Shown one piece after another: positions 27,857 to 37,206 of a stretch of DNA of 64,000 nt (the stretch's first letter is position 1; each line of letters begins with the position of its first letter). Location of the stretch: NCBI GenBank assembly GCA_036380455.1, contig DASVEQ010000096.1:21484-85483 (forward strand), written 5' to 3'. The notes under the pieces were generated by a model. The model searched no databases. It was not told the DNA's origin and saw only the letters and a list, made by a program, of their open reading frames with translations. A program made the translations under genes and the position numbers. The stretch is from Candidatus Limnocylindria bacterium (GTDB lineage Bacteria > Chloroflexota > Limnocylindria > QHBO01).

Positions 27857-28485
27857 GGGAGGATCGCCGGCTCATCAGCGTGACCGGGCAGGGTGAGGCC
27901 TCTCTGGCGCCGGACCTCGCGGTCGTCTCGTTCGCCGTGACCTCGATGGACCGGGAGCTCGCTCCCACGAGGGACGACGTGAGCGCGCGATCGTCGGCCG
28001 TGCTCGCCACTCTGCGCGAGCTGGGCATCGCCGACGCGGACCTCAACGCGCCGGACGTCGGCATCCAGCCCGAGCACGACTACCGCAAGGGCCAGCGCCT
28101 CATCGGCTACCGGGTGACACGCCAGATGACCGCGAAGGTGCGTGACCTCGACACGCTCGGCGCGGTGCTCGACGGGCTGGTCGGCGCCGGCGCGAACGAG
28201 GTTCACGGCACCCAGATGACCGCCGCCGATCCATCGGCCGCGGAGCACCGAGCGCTCGAGGCGGCGGTGGCTGCCGCACGGGCGAAGGCCGAGGTGCTGG
28301 CGGCGGCCGCCGGCGTGACGCTCGGCCCGGTGGCACGCATCGAGGAGGAGGGCGCCGGTGGCATCCCGATGCCGAGATTCCGGGCGATGGGCGCCATGGC
28401 GGAATCGGCCGACGTCCCGACCGAAGTGGCCGCCGGCGACCTGACCGTGACGCGACGCATCCGCGCCTGGTTCGGGATCGGCTGA
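27853..28485 (+). CDS. SIMPL/DUF541-domain protein
   Basis: The GTG at 27853 overlaps the thiolase TGA (GTGA). …[22 protein letters not shown]… and …[22 protein letters not shown]… fit SIMPL-domain proteins. Confidence 0.65.
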
Positions 28486-28499
28486 GCGGACTCGGGCGC

Positions 28500-29696
28500 G
28501 TGTCCGACGTCCGGCTGATCTTCTCCGTCCAGGCGGTCCGCGCCTTCCTCTACGGCTTCGGCAGCATCCTGATCGGAGCGTCGCTGGCGGCCGGCGGATT
28601 CGACGCCGGCGAGGTTGGCATCGTCTTCACCGCGATGCTCCTCGGCATGGCGATCTCCTCGATCGCCGTGGGTCGCTGGGGAGAGCGCATCGGCCGCCGG
28701 CGAACGTACGCCACGCTCCTTGTCCTGATGGGAATCGCCGGCACGGTGTTCGCGCTGACGGGGTCGCTGCCGATTCTCGTCATCGCAGCGCTCACCGGCA
28801 CGATGTCGACCGATCCGAACGAGTCCGGCCCGATCACCACCGTCGAGCAGGCCATGCTCGCCTCCGCGCCGCCGGCCGAGCGTGCGCGCGTGTATGGGCG
28901 GTACAACGCGGTCGCGTACCTGGCGGGGGCGCTGGGTGCCCTCGCGGCTGGTGGTCCGACGGCGATCCGCGACGTGCTGCCGGGACTCCCGCCGGACCAG
29001 CGCTGGCTCCTCCTGCTGCCGGTCGGGGCGCTCGCGTGCGTGGCACTCGCCGCGCGGCTCAGCCCTTCCGTCGAGGTCGAAGGCGGACCGACGGCCGTGC
29101 GTGGCCTCCGGCGCTCGCGCGGCATCGTGCGCCGGCTGTCTGCGCTGTTCGCGCTGGACGCCTTCGCGGGCGGGTTCATCGTGCAGACCTTCGTCGTCTA
29201 CTGGTTCGCCAGCCGTTTCGGAGCCGGCGCCGATGTCATGGGCCTCGCCTTCTTCGGCGCCGGACTCCTGCAGGCAGGCTCCTCAGTTGCCGCAGGGTGG
29301 CTCGGATCGCGCATCGGCCTGCTGAACACCATGGTCTTCACCCATCTGCCTTCGAATGTGCTCCTGGCCCTCGTCGCGATTGCGCCCACCCTGCCGATCG
29401 CGATCGGCCTCCTCCTGGCGCGCTCGGCCCTCTCCCAGATGGACGTCCCGGCCCGACAGGCGTACCTCGCCGCCCTCGTCGATCCGGCGGAGCGGACCGC
29501 AGCGGCCGGATATACGAACGCCGCCCGCCACGTCGTGCGGCCCGCCGGTCCCGCCCTGGCGTCGGTCTCGATGGGGATGGCCGCCGGACTGCCGTTCGTC
29601 CTTGCCGGGGGCCTGAAGGTGGTCTACGACCTCGCCCTGTACCTCGCCTTCCGTCGGGTGCACCTGGCGGACCAGGACCCCGCGACTCGCGACTGA
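28500..29696 (+). CDS. MFS transporter
   Basis: 398 aa with about 12 predicted TM helices and an MFS loop motif …GRWGERIGRRR…. Confidence 0.7.
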   Translation: MSDVRLIFSVQAVRAFLYGFGSILIGASLAAGGFDAGEVGIVFTAMLLGMAISSIAVGRWGERIGRRRTYATLLVLMGIAGTVFALTGSLPILVIAALTGTMSTDPNESGPITTVEQAMLASAPPAERARVYGRYNAVAYLAGALGALAAGGPTAIRDVLPGLPPDQRWLLLLPVGALACVALAARLSPSVEVEGGPTAVRGLRRSRGIVRRLSALFALDAFAGGFIVQTFVVYWFASRFGAGADVMGLAFFGAGLLQAGSSVAAGWLGSRIGLLNTMVFTHLPSNVLLALVAIAPTLPIAIGLLLARSALSQMDVPARQAYLAALVDPAERTAAAGYTNAARHVVRPAGPALASVSMGMAAGLPFVLAGGLKVVYDLALYLAFRRVHLADQDPATRD

Positions 29697-29729
29697 CCGG
29701 CGTCTCGCGCCCTTGTCATCGGTGCGTGG

Positions 29730-30719
29730 TCAGCCGAGCCTCAGGTTCGGGAGGACTTTCTCGCCGAAGGCGGAGATGAAGGCCCCCTGGTCGCGCCCGA
29801 CGTTGTGGAGATGGATCTCGTCGAAGCCCATGTCGACGAATCGCTGGATCTGGGCCGTGTGCTCCTCGAGGTCGGGGCTGATGAGCATCCGGTTCGCGAA
29901 GTTCTCGATCCGCACCAGCTTCGCGATGTTCGCGAAGTCCTCGGGGTTCTTGATGTCCTGCTTCGGGAACGGCATGCCGCCGTTCGGCCACTCCTTCAGC
30001 GCGTTCTCCTCCGCCTCCGACTGGGTGGGAGCCCAGCTGACGTGGATCTGGAGCTGCGTGCGCATGGCCGATGCGTCCTTGCCGGCCTCCCTGGCGCCTT
30101 CGCGGAACTTGTCCCACAGCATCGCGATCTTCTCGTCGGCCGCGCCGACGGTGATGATGCCGTCGGCGAACTTCCCCGTCCGCTTCGCGTTCAGCGGCCC
30201 GGCGGTGGCAACGTAGATCGGGACCGGCTGCTCCGGGCGGGTGTAGAGCTTCGCCGACTCGAGCGTGAAGTACTCGCCGTCATGCTTCACGACCTTGCCG
30301 CTGAAGAGCTTGCTGATCACCTCGATCGACTCGAACATCATCGCGGACCGAATGCCCACCTCGGGCCACTCGCCGCCGATGACGTGCTCGTTCAGCGCCT
30401 CGCCGGCACCGAGGCCGAGCCAGAAGCGGCCGGGGTACATGGCCCCGAGCGTCGCGGCGGCGTGCGCGATGACCGCGGGGTGGTAGCGGAAGCCCGGGCA
30501 CGTGACCGCCGTGCCGAACGGCAGCGTCGTGCGCTGGCCGAGCGCCCCCATGAACGACCACGCGAACGCCGACTGCCCCTGTGCCGGCGTCCACGGATGG
30601 AAGTGCTCACTGACCTGGAAGCCGGCCTCGAACCCGGCGGACTCGGCCTGCTCGGCCAGGTCGAGCAGCTCCGTCGGATGGAACTGCTCGAGCATGCATG
30701 CGTACCCGATCTTCGTCAT
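29730..30719 (-). CDS. LLM-class F420-dependent oxidoreductase, glucose-6-phosphate dehydrogenase (Fgd) family
   Basis: 329 aa. MTKIGYACMLEQF…FQVSEHFHPW…GRFWLGLGAGEALNEH… closely follows the Fgd-family pattern. The substrate cannot be assigned from sequence alone. Confidence 0.7.
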   Translation of the reverse strand: MTKIGYACMLEQFHPTELLDLAEQAESAGFEAGFQVSEHFHPWTPAQGQSAFAWSFMGALGQRTTLPFGTAVTCPGFRYHPAVIAHAAATLGAMYPGRFWLGLGAGEALNEHVIGGEWPEVGIRSAMMFESIEVISKLFSGKVVKHDGEYFTLESAKLYTRPEQPVPIYVATAGPLNAKRTGKFADGIITVGAADEKIAMLWDKFREGAREAGKDASAMRTQLQIHVSWAPTQSEAEENALKEWPNGGMPFPKQDIKNPEDFANIAKLVRIENFANRMLISPDLEEHTAQIQRFVDMGFDEIHLHNVGRDQGAFISAFGEKVLPNLRLG

Positions 30720-30779
30720 GGACCTAGCGTAGCGGGAGGGACCCCTGGGGGTTCGGTCCGTCGGATGTGGCGCGCCGAA

Positions 30780-30819
30780 CTGTCAGCGGTTATATCACTA
30801 ACGATATATTCGGTGACAG
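30780..30819 (-). promoter_or_regulatory. 40-bp AT-cored inverted-repeat element (putative promoter/operator), copy 2
   Basis: The minus-strand reading is CTGTCACCGAATATATCGTTAGTGATATAACCGCTGACAG, with the extended -10-like TGATATAAC. It lies 60 nt upstream of the Fgd-family gene start and is 34/40 identical to 15156-15195. Confidence 0.5.
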
Positions 30820-30933
30820 CGCGCCGGTGGATGGAAGAGCTTTCACCGGCGGTCGACATCGAATCGGTGCAATGAAGGGAGGGCGCCGGAGCCCGCCCGT
30901 GGACCCGGCGCCGCCCGTGCGATGCGGAGCGGA

Positions 30934-31698
30934 TTACGCTCCTGACTCCTCCGCATCACCGTCATCGGCATCGTCGTCACCCCACGGGCCGAACGGTCCG
31001 CCGGGGAAGGCGCCTCGGTGGTGGCGCAGGCCGAAGCCGGGGCCCTCACCGACCTCGCCCCCCTCGTCGAGCCAGGCGGTGAGACGCTCGATCACCTCGT
31101 CGGCGCGCCCCTGGTCGAGCCCGTCGGCGACCGCCGCGTCGAGGTCGGCCTGGATGGCTGCGAGGATCGACGCCCTGACCTCGTCGTAGCTGACGCCCTG
31201 GGCCTCGGCCAGCGCCTCGAGGGAGCCGGCGTCCCGGAGCTCGCCGAGCAGGTCGGCGCTCTCGAGCCCGAGCGCGTCGGCGGCCGCCTCGAAGACGTCG
31301 CCGCCCACGAAGCCACGGATGGCTCCACGCTCGAAGCCGATGCCGAAGCCGTGCCCGAACGCGTGGCCGAAGCCCATGCACTCGGTGCCGTCGGCGTCGG
31401 CGATCCGCCCGCGCAGGGTGGCTGCGCGCTCCTCGGACAGGTCGCCGGAGGTGACTGCCGCGTCGATGGTGGCGTTGGCCGCGGCCTGGCCGGCCGCCAG
31501 GAGCTCGTCGGCGGTCACGCCGAGCTCGGAGGCCAGCGCGTCGCGGAAGGTCTCGCAGTAGGCGGTGCCGGTGGTGGAATCGGTGGAATCGGTCGAATCG
31601 GTCTGATCGGTCGCCAGCGTGGAGCCGATGAGCGTGCCGCCCACCAGGGCGGCGACGATGAGCGCCCCGGCCGCGCCGAGGGCCTTCGTGAGTCGCAT
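30934..31698 (-). CDS. Secreted/membrane-anchored hypothetical protein (acidic, helical repeats, Gly/Phe/His patch)
   Basis: The ATG at 31696-31698 (MRLTKALGAAGALIVAALVGG…) is preceded by GAGGA. There is a TDSTDSTDST linker, a GFGHAFGHGFGIGF patch and an acidic tail. I recognise no family. Confidence 0.55.
   Translation of the reverse strand: MRLTKALGAAGALIVAALVGGTLIGSTLATDQTDSTDSTDSTTGTAYCETFRDALASELGVTADELLAAGQAAANATIDAAVTSGDLSEERAATLRGRIADADGTECMGFGHAFGHGFGIGFERGAIRGFVGGDVFEAAADALGLESADLLGELRDAGSLEALAEAQGVSYDEVRASILAAIQADLDAAVADGLDQGRADEVIERLTAWLDEGGEVGEGPGFGLRHHRGAFPGGPFGPWGDDDADDGDAEESGA
31574..31609. repeat. 9-bp tandem repeat (4 units GGTNNRATC) encoding the (T/Q)DS linker
   Basis: The units read GGTGGAATC GGTGGAATC GGTCGAATC GGTCTGATC. 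Confidence 0.8.
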
Positions 31699-31819
31699 GG
31701 TGGAGTCCTCGTGTGCGTGTCTGATGTCGCGAGGATCGGCCGCGGCCCATGAAGATTGCCTCAAGATCGACGCGCGGCGTCTTCACATGACCTGAATCGG
31801 CCCCGCGTACGATGCGGCG

Positions 31820-32539
31820 ATGCGCGCAACCGCCAGCATCCTGATCGTGGAGGACGAGCCGCAGCTGCGCGGGCTGCTTCGGCTCTACCTCGAGCGGGAG
31901 GGCTACCGCGTGACCGATGCGGGCGATGGCGCAACCGCGCTCGCCGCCTTCGATGCCGCCCCGAGCGACCTCGTCATCCTCGACCTCATGCTGCCCGGCA
32001 TGCAGGGTGAGACGGTGCTCGAGGCGCTGCGCGATGCGGGCGACGTGCCGGTCCTCATCACCTCGGCGAAGCGGAGCGATGCCGAGCGGATCGCCGGGCT
32101 GCGCGCCGGCGCCGACGACTACCTCGCCAAGCCATTCAATCCTCATGAGCTCACCGCACGGGTCGCCGCCATCCTCCGTCGTACGCGCGCCGGGGCCGCC
32201 GACGAGCCACCGCCGATCCTGAGCGTCGCCGGCGGCCGCCTCGTCCTGGATCCCGGGTCCCGGCGCTACACGCTCGCCGGAGCCGAGCCCGGGCGCCTCA
32301 CTCCGGGCGAAGCGGCGCTCCTGACCGCTCTCGCCGCCCGCCCCGGATCCGTGCTGAGCCGGCAGGTGCTGCTGGGTGCCGTCGCCCGGCGCCCCGACGA
32401 GGTGTACGAGCGGGTCGTGGACGTCCACGTGGCGAACCTGCGGCGCAAGCTCCACGACGACGCCGGCGAGCCGTGGCTGATCGAGACGGTTCCGGCCAGC
32501 GGCTACCGCCTGGTCGCGAGCGTGGATCCGGCGCCATGA
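31820..32539 (+). CDS. OmpR/PhoB-family response regulator
   Basis: 239 aa. Receiver motifs ILIVEDEP, DLVILDLMLPG and …YLAKPF…, with a winged-helix C-terminus …VDVHVANLRRKL…GYRL. Confidence 0.9.
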   Translation: MRATASILIVEDEPQLRGLLRLYLEREGYRVTDAGDGATALAAFDAAPSDLVILDLMLPGMQGETVLEALRDAGDVPVLITSAKRSDAERIAGLRAGADDYLAKPFNPHELTARVAAILRRTRAGAADEPPPILSVAGGRLVLDPGSRRYTLAGAEPGRLTPGEAALLTALAARPGSVLSRQVLLGAVARRPDEVYERVVDVHVANLRRKLHDDAGEPWLIETVPASGYRLVASVDPAP

Positions 32540-33831
32540 TGCGCGGGCGGCCACTGGCGGTACGGCTCGCCGCCTTGCTGGCCGGGGTCGTGGTGGTCGT
32601 CCTCCTCGCAGCGGGCGTGATCGTCAACCGCGCGGCATCGCGTTCGCTCGAGGAGCAGCTCGGGCCCCGCGAGCAACAGCGAGTCGGGCTGGCCGTGGCC
32701 ATCGTGGAGGAGGCGCTGGAACGAGGCGACGGCCGTGGCGTGCCGATACTGCTGCGCCGGATCGCCAACGAGACCGGCGGCGAAGTCCGGGTCGTGGGCC
32801 CCGACGATGAGGTCCTCTACCGCACCGGCGGTCCACCCCTGCCCGACGAGACGGACACGATCAGCACCGAGCTGTCCGCGGCCGCCGGCGGCGGCACGCT
32901 CGAGCTCGAGGTGCCGTCCACCCAGGCGCCGATCCTTCGGGCCTTCAACACGGCGCTGCTCGTCACCGGGATCGTGGCGGTCGCCGCCCTGCTCCTTGCC
33001 GCGGTCGTCGTCGCCTCGCGCGTGACGCGACCGCTGCGCGGCGTCGCGGCTGCGGCGCATCGGCTGGGAGGTGGTGACCTCGGCGCGCGGGCGGAGGGTG
33101 GCCCGGACGCCGAATCGGCCGAGCTGGCATCCGCCTTCAACGGCATGGCCGAGCGGCTCGAACGATCTGAGACTCTTCGGCGACGAGCTGCCAGCGACCT
33201 GGCGCACGACCTCGCCACGCCGGCCACGGTCCTGGAGTCGCAGCTCCAGGCCATGGTCGACGGCGTGGTCCCGGCCGATGCGGCTGAGCTCGAGAAGGCG
33301 CGCGCGGCCGCCGCCTCGCTGTCGGGCGTCATCCTCCAGCTCGGCGAGCTGACGCAGGCCGAATCGGCTCCCCTGCAGCGGCAGCCGCATGCCGTCGCGC
33401 TCGGGGAGCTGGCGAGCGAGATCGTCGCGGCACTCGATGGATTGCTCCGCGAGCGGTCGGTGACCGCGCACGTCGAGGGCGCCGCGACGGTACTGGCCGA
33501 CCGTGGACAGCTCGCCCGCGCCCTGCGCAACGTGGTCACGAACGCGATCCAGCACGCCGGCAGCGGAGGCGGAGTCCGCATCGAGGTGACCGCCGGCCCG
33601 CGTCCGACCGTGCGCGTCCGGGACACCGGCGCCGGCATCGCCGAGGGGGACCGGCCCTTCGTCTTCGAGCGGTTCTATCGGGCGGATCGGTCGCGGGGCG
33701 GCCCGCGCTCGGGATCCGGGATCGGCCTGACGGTGGCACGCGAGCTGATCGTCGCGAACGGAGGCACGATCGAGATCGAATCGACCGGGAGTCACGGCTC
33801 GACGTTCCGGATCGAGCTGCCCGCCGGATAA
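32536..33831 (+). CDS. Sensor histidine kinase (HAMP-HisKA-HATPase_c)
   Basis: The ATG at 32536 overlaps the RR stop (ATGA). It has two TM segments, an H-box ASDLAHDLATP, an N-box …VVTNAIQH…, and G-boxes DTGAGI / GSGIGLTVA. Confidence 0.85.
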   Translation: MMRGRPLAVRLAALLAGVVVVVLLAAGVIVNRAASRSLEEQLGPREQQRVGLAVAIVEEALERGDGRGVPILLRRIANETGGEVRVVGPDDEVLYRTGGPPLPDETDTISTELSAAAGGGTLELEVPSTQAPILRAFNTALLVTGIVAVAALLLAAVVVASRVTRPLRGVAAAAHRLGGGDLGARAEGGPDAESAELASAFNGMAERLERSETLRRRAASDLAHDLATPATVLESQLQAMVDGVVPADAAELEKARAAAASLSGVILQLGELTQAESAPLQRQPHAVALGELASEIVAALDGLLRERSVTAHVEGAATVLADRGQLARALRNVVTNAIQHAGSGGGVRIEVTAGPRPTVRVRDTGAGIAEGDRPFVFERFYRADRSRGGPRSGSGIGLTVARELIVANGGTIEIESTGSHGSTFRIELPAG

Positions 33832-33961
33832 TCGGCGCATGGGGTTCACCGTGGAGCGACCGGCGACGGTCGACGCGTTCCCGGCTCGTGCCGGCGACTA
33901 TCTGCTGGCCCGGAAGCTGAAGTGCGACATGGATCAGCACCGGTTCGATCGGTAGAGCGAT

Positions 33962-33979
33962 CGTATATACCGTATATAC
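33962..33979. promoter_or_regulatory. Tandem palindromic 9-mers, CGTATATAC x2 (AT-rich; putative operator/-10 region)
   Basis: CGTATATAC occurs at 33962-33970 and 33971-33979. Each unit contains the palindrome GTATATAC. The element lies 36 nt upstream of the aldehyde dehydrogenase ATG. Confidence 0.4.
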
Positions 33980-34014
33980 CATCGCGTCGGCACCCCCTCG
34001 ACTACCATCGACCG

Positions 34015-35490
34015 ATGACCGATCTCCCCACCCAGCTCCTCATCGGCGGCGAGCTGCGCGACGCGCAGGACGGCCGCACCTTTGCCACCTTCGATCCGGC
34101 GCATGGCGGCGAGCTCGCGCAGGTTGCGCAGGGCGGCAGAGCGGACGTCGACACGGCGGTAGGCGCCGCGCGCGACGCGCTGAACGGCGTCTGGATGAAG
34201 ACCTCGCCTGCCAAGCGGTCGCGGGCGCTCAACCGCCTTGCGCAGCTCCTGGACGAGCGGACCGACGAGCTCGCCGAGCTCGAGTCGCGCAACGTCGGCA
34301 AGGCGATCTGGCAATGCGCGGCGGAGATCAAGGTCGCGGTCGCCACGCTGGAGCTGTTCGCCGGCACCGCGCAGCACCTGTATGGCCGCTCGCATGTCGT
34401 GAATCCTGCGGTCGTCAGCTACACGCTCCGCGAGCCGGTTGGCGTGGTCGGGGCGATCATCCCGTGGAACTACCCGCTGATGATGGCCGCCTGGAAGGTC
34501 GCACCCGCGCTTGCGGCCGGCAACACGATGGTCCTCAAGCCGGCCTCAGCCACGCCACTCAGCGCCCTGCGGCTGGGTGAGCTGGCGCTGGAGGCCGGCA
34601 TCCCAGCCGGCGTCCTGAACGTCGTTCCCGGGCCTGGCGGCGAGGTGGGGGAGGCACTCGCCACCCATCCGGGCATCGACAAGGTGGCCTTCACCGGTGA
34701 GACCGGCACGGGCCGGCGCATCGCCGAGGCCGCGGCGAAGACCCTGAAGCGGGTTTCCCTGGAGCTGGGCGGCAAGAGCCCGAACGTCGTATTCGCCGAT
34801 GCCGACCTCGAGGCCGCCGTGCTCGGATCGCTGTGGGCGATCTACTACGCGGCCGGCCAGTCGTGCGAGGCCCGGTCGCGGATTCTGGTCGAGGATGGCG
34901 TGTACGACGCCTTCGCATCGGCCTTCGCGGAGAAGGCGAAGTCGCTCACCGTGGGCGACCCGCTCAGCCCAGACACGAAGATCGGCTCGCTGATCTCGCG
35001 CGCGCACGCTGACAGGGTGCGTGGCTTCGTCGACATCGGCCTGGAGGATGGGGGCGAGCTGCTGGCTGGCGGCGACCCGTCGCTCGGCGATGGACTGGAC
35101 GCCGATGCCTTCGTGGCCCCCACCGTCATCGGCGGCGTCTCCAACGACGCGCGGATCTGCCAGGAGGAGGTCTTCGGACCGGTCGTCACCCTCACGCGCT
35201 TCGCCGACGAGGCCGAGGCAGTGAAGATCGCCAACGACGTCCGCTACGGCCTGGCGGCCACGGTCTGGACCGGCGATGGCGGACGCGGACATCGGGTGGC
35301 TCAGCGCATTCGCTCGGGGGCGGTCGGGATCAACACGCCGTTCATCGCGTTCCCCGGCGTCCCGTTCGGCGGGTTCAAGGACTCGGGGTACGGGCGGGAG
35401 CAGTCGATCGAGGCGCTCGACCTGTACACCGAGACGAAGGCGGTCCTCCAGAACACCTCCGCCAAGCCGCTGAATCCGCTCGGCATCTGA
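34015..35490 (+). CDS. NAD(P)-dependent aldehyde dehydrogenase
   Basis: The ATG at 34015 is within track ORF 33922..35490. Motifs …FTGETGTGRRI…, …LELGGKSP…, the catalytic Cys context …AGQSCEA… and …EEVFGPV…. Confidence 0.9.
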   Translation: MTDLPTQLLIGGELRDAQDGRTFATFDPAHGGELAQVAQGGRADVDTAVGAARDALNGVWMKTSPAKRSRALNRLAQLLDERTDELAELESRNVGKAIWQCAAEIKVAVATLELFAGTAQHLYGRSHVVNPAVVSYTLREPVGVVGAIIPWNYPLMMAAWKVAPALAAGNTMVLKPASATPLSALRLGELALEAGIPAGVLNVVPGPGGEVGEALATHPGIDKVAFTGETGTGRRIAEAAAKTLKRVSLELGGKSPNVVFADADLEAAVLGSLWAIYYAAGQSCEARSRILVEDGVYDAFASAFAEKAKSLTVGDPLSPDTKIGSLISRAHADRVRGFVDIGLEDGGELLAGGDPSLGDGLDADAFVAPTVIGGVSNDARICQEEVFGPVVTLTRFADEAEAVKIANDVRYGLAATVWTGDGGRGHRVAQRIRSGAVGINTPFIAFPGVPFGGFKDSGYGREQSIEALDLYTETKAVLQNTSAKPLNPLGI

Positions 35491-35744
35491 TTTCTCAGCG
35501 GCGATCGGCCGTCGGCGATTCACCGGCCACGTTCTTGCCAGCTACCAACCACAGCCACCTACGGCGGGTTGGCGCGGACTCGGAGATGCGTGTCGTTGCC
35601 ACCTGCCCCTCGGGACGGACATTCGACGCCGAAGGAGGTGCCGTTCGGCCCGATCGCGGCGGGAAGGCTCGCCTAGGGCGATTCTGGTTGGTATCCGGCC
35701 GGTATCACGCCCCGGGCGGCGGTCTTCGCGGGTACCGTTGGCCG

Positions 35745-36197
35745 ATGCCGATCATCCGCTCCCGCAGCTGGGTGGCCGCGCCCATCGACGAGGTCTTCCG
35801 GTTCTTCGACGACCCGGTGAACCTCGAGAGGCTCATGCCGCCGCCCGTGCGCATCCGGCTGACGCGGATCGAGCCCGCGCCGCCGCGGCCCGGCTCCGTC
35901 TTTGAGTTCCGCTACGGGCTCGGGCCGTTCCAGCGCGCGTGGACGGTGAGGCTCATGGATCGCGTGGAGAACGAGCGGTTCGTGGACGAGACGATCTCCG
36001 GGCCGATGGCGCAGTTCCACCACTCGCACACCTTCGTAGCGGCCCGCGGCGGGGGGACCTGGATCGAGGACCGGATCAACTTCCACGTCGGCCCGGACGG
36101 GCCCGTCGGTGTCGTCGTCGACGCGGTCGCAGGCGTGGTGATGCGCCTCACCTTCGTGTGGCGCCACGCCCGCCAGCGTCGGATTCTGCGCGCCTGA
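35745..36197 (+). CDS. SRPBCC-superfamily (cyclase/dehydrase-like) protein
   Basis: The ATG at 35745 gives MPIIRSRSWVAAPIDEVFRFFDDPVNLERLMPP…, and the size of about 150 aa fits SRPBCC/COG4276-type proteins. Confidence 0.6.
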   Translation: MPIIRSRSWVAAPIDEVFRFFDDPVNLERLMPPPVRIRLTRIEPAPPRPGSVFEFRYGLGPFQRAWTVRLMDRVENERFVDETISGPMAQFHHSHTFVAARGGGTWIEDRINFHVGPDGPVGVVVDAVAGVVMRLTFVWRHARQRRILRA

Positions 36198-37086
36198 CCT
36201 CGTCCTCGAGGAGGAGCCGCGGCACGCCGACGAGTGCCGCGAACCGCGCCACCCACAGCGTTGGGACCGCAAGCGCCGCCACCGCGAACGCGAGCCAGTC
36301 GGCCCGCCAGCGAATGGCGAAGACGACGGCCACGCAGCCGATGGCCAGCCGGAGCGCGAAGTCCGCGAGGGTCGATGGAACCAGGAACAGGAGCTGATCA
36401 CCGACGAACGGCGCGTCGTTGGCCGAGGCCGCCTGTTGCCGCAGCGAGGCCAGATAGGCGCCCCAGGTGCCCGGGTCGGCCAGCGCGTGGACCCCGAAGG
36501 CGACGGCGAGCGCCAAGAGACCGGCCGCGATCGGCCGTCGCAGCGACGCGCGCGTCAGCCACAGGTAGGGGAGCAGCAGGGCCGTCCCGAACTTGAGGGC
36601 CGCGGTGGCGGGCACGGCGGCGGCCGCCGCATGCGCGCCGGGCCCGCGCAGCGCGGATCGTGCCGCGGCCGCGACCGGCAGGGTCACGTTGAGCGCGACC
36701 AGCTCGATCTGGACCGGCAGGAACAGGAACGACCAGCCGACGGCTCGCCACGAGCCGACGAGCACCCGGAGGCATCCGAGGCACAGCAGGCGGTACGCCC
36801 AGGTCACGATCGGCTCCGGGATCGAGGCGAACGGGACGGCGAGCACGGCGAAGGTGGGTGGATACCGAAACGCGCCGGGGTCGTTGATCTCCATCGGCGC
36901 ATACAGCGGCGTGCCGTCGAGAAGGTTGCGCCCGGCCAGCAGGTAGGCGTGGAGGTCGTACGCGGCTCCGCCGTCCCGCAGCACGCTCTGCCACAGGAAG
37001 TGAGCGAAGCTGAGCAGGCCGATGAGGCCCAGCGCCCAGCCGAACGCCTCGAGCCAGGGCCGTCGCCGGTCGATGAGCTCCCGCAT
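36148..37086 (-). CDS. Polytopic membrane protein, GT87/DUF2029-like glycosyltransferase
   Basis: The ATG at 37084-37086 starts MRELIDRR…; the protein has about 8 TM helices. The N-terminal …YDLHAYLLAGRNLLDGTPLY… resembles the DUF2029 signature. The 3' end overlaps the SRPBCC gene by 50 nt (convergent). Confidence 0.55.
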   Translation of the reverse strand: MRELIDRRRPWLEAFGWALGLIGLLSFAHFLWQSVLRDGGAAYDLHAYLLAGRNLLDGTPLYAPMEINDPGAFRYPPTFAVLAVPFASIPEPIVTWAYRLLCLGCLRVLVGSWRAVGWSFLFLPVQIELVALNVTLPVAAAARSALRGPGAHAAAAAVPATAALKFGTALLLPYLWLTRASLRRPIAAGLLALAVAFGVHALADPGTWGAYLASLRQQAASANDAPFVGDQLLFLVPSTLADFALRLAIGCVAVVFAIRWRADWLAFAVAALAVPTLWVARFAALVGVPRLLLEDEVRRAESDAGGRGATRR

Positions 37087-37128
37087 GCGCACGTCACGGT
37101 AGCGGCAGCGCCCATCTTCGTTGGCGGG

Positions 37129-37206
37129 GATGTGCCGCGACGGCACGCATCGGCCGCCAGGCAGGGGCGGCGACCCGCAGATGTGCCGGGACGCCACGCA
37201 TCGGCC
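37129..37206. repeat. Two 27-bp direct repeats (25/27 identical), 51-bp period, in a divergent intergenic region
   Basis: GATGTGCCGCGACGGCACGCATCGGCC at 37129-37155 and GATGTGCCGGGACGCCACGCATCGGCC at 37180-37206. Confidence 0.8.
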
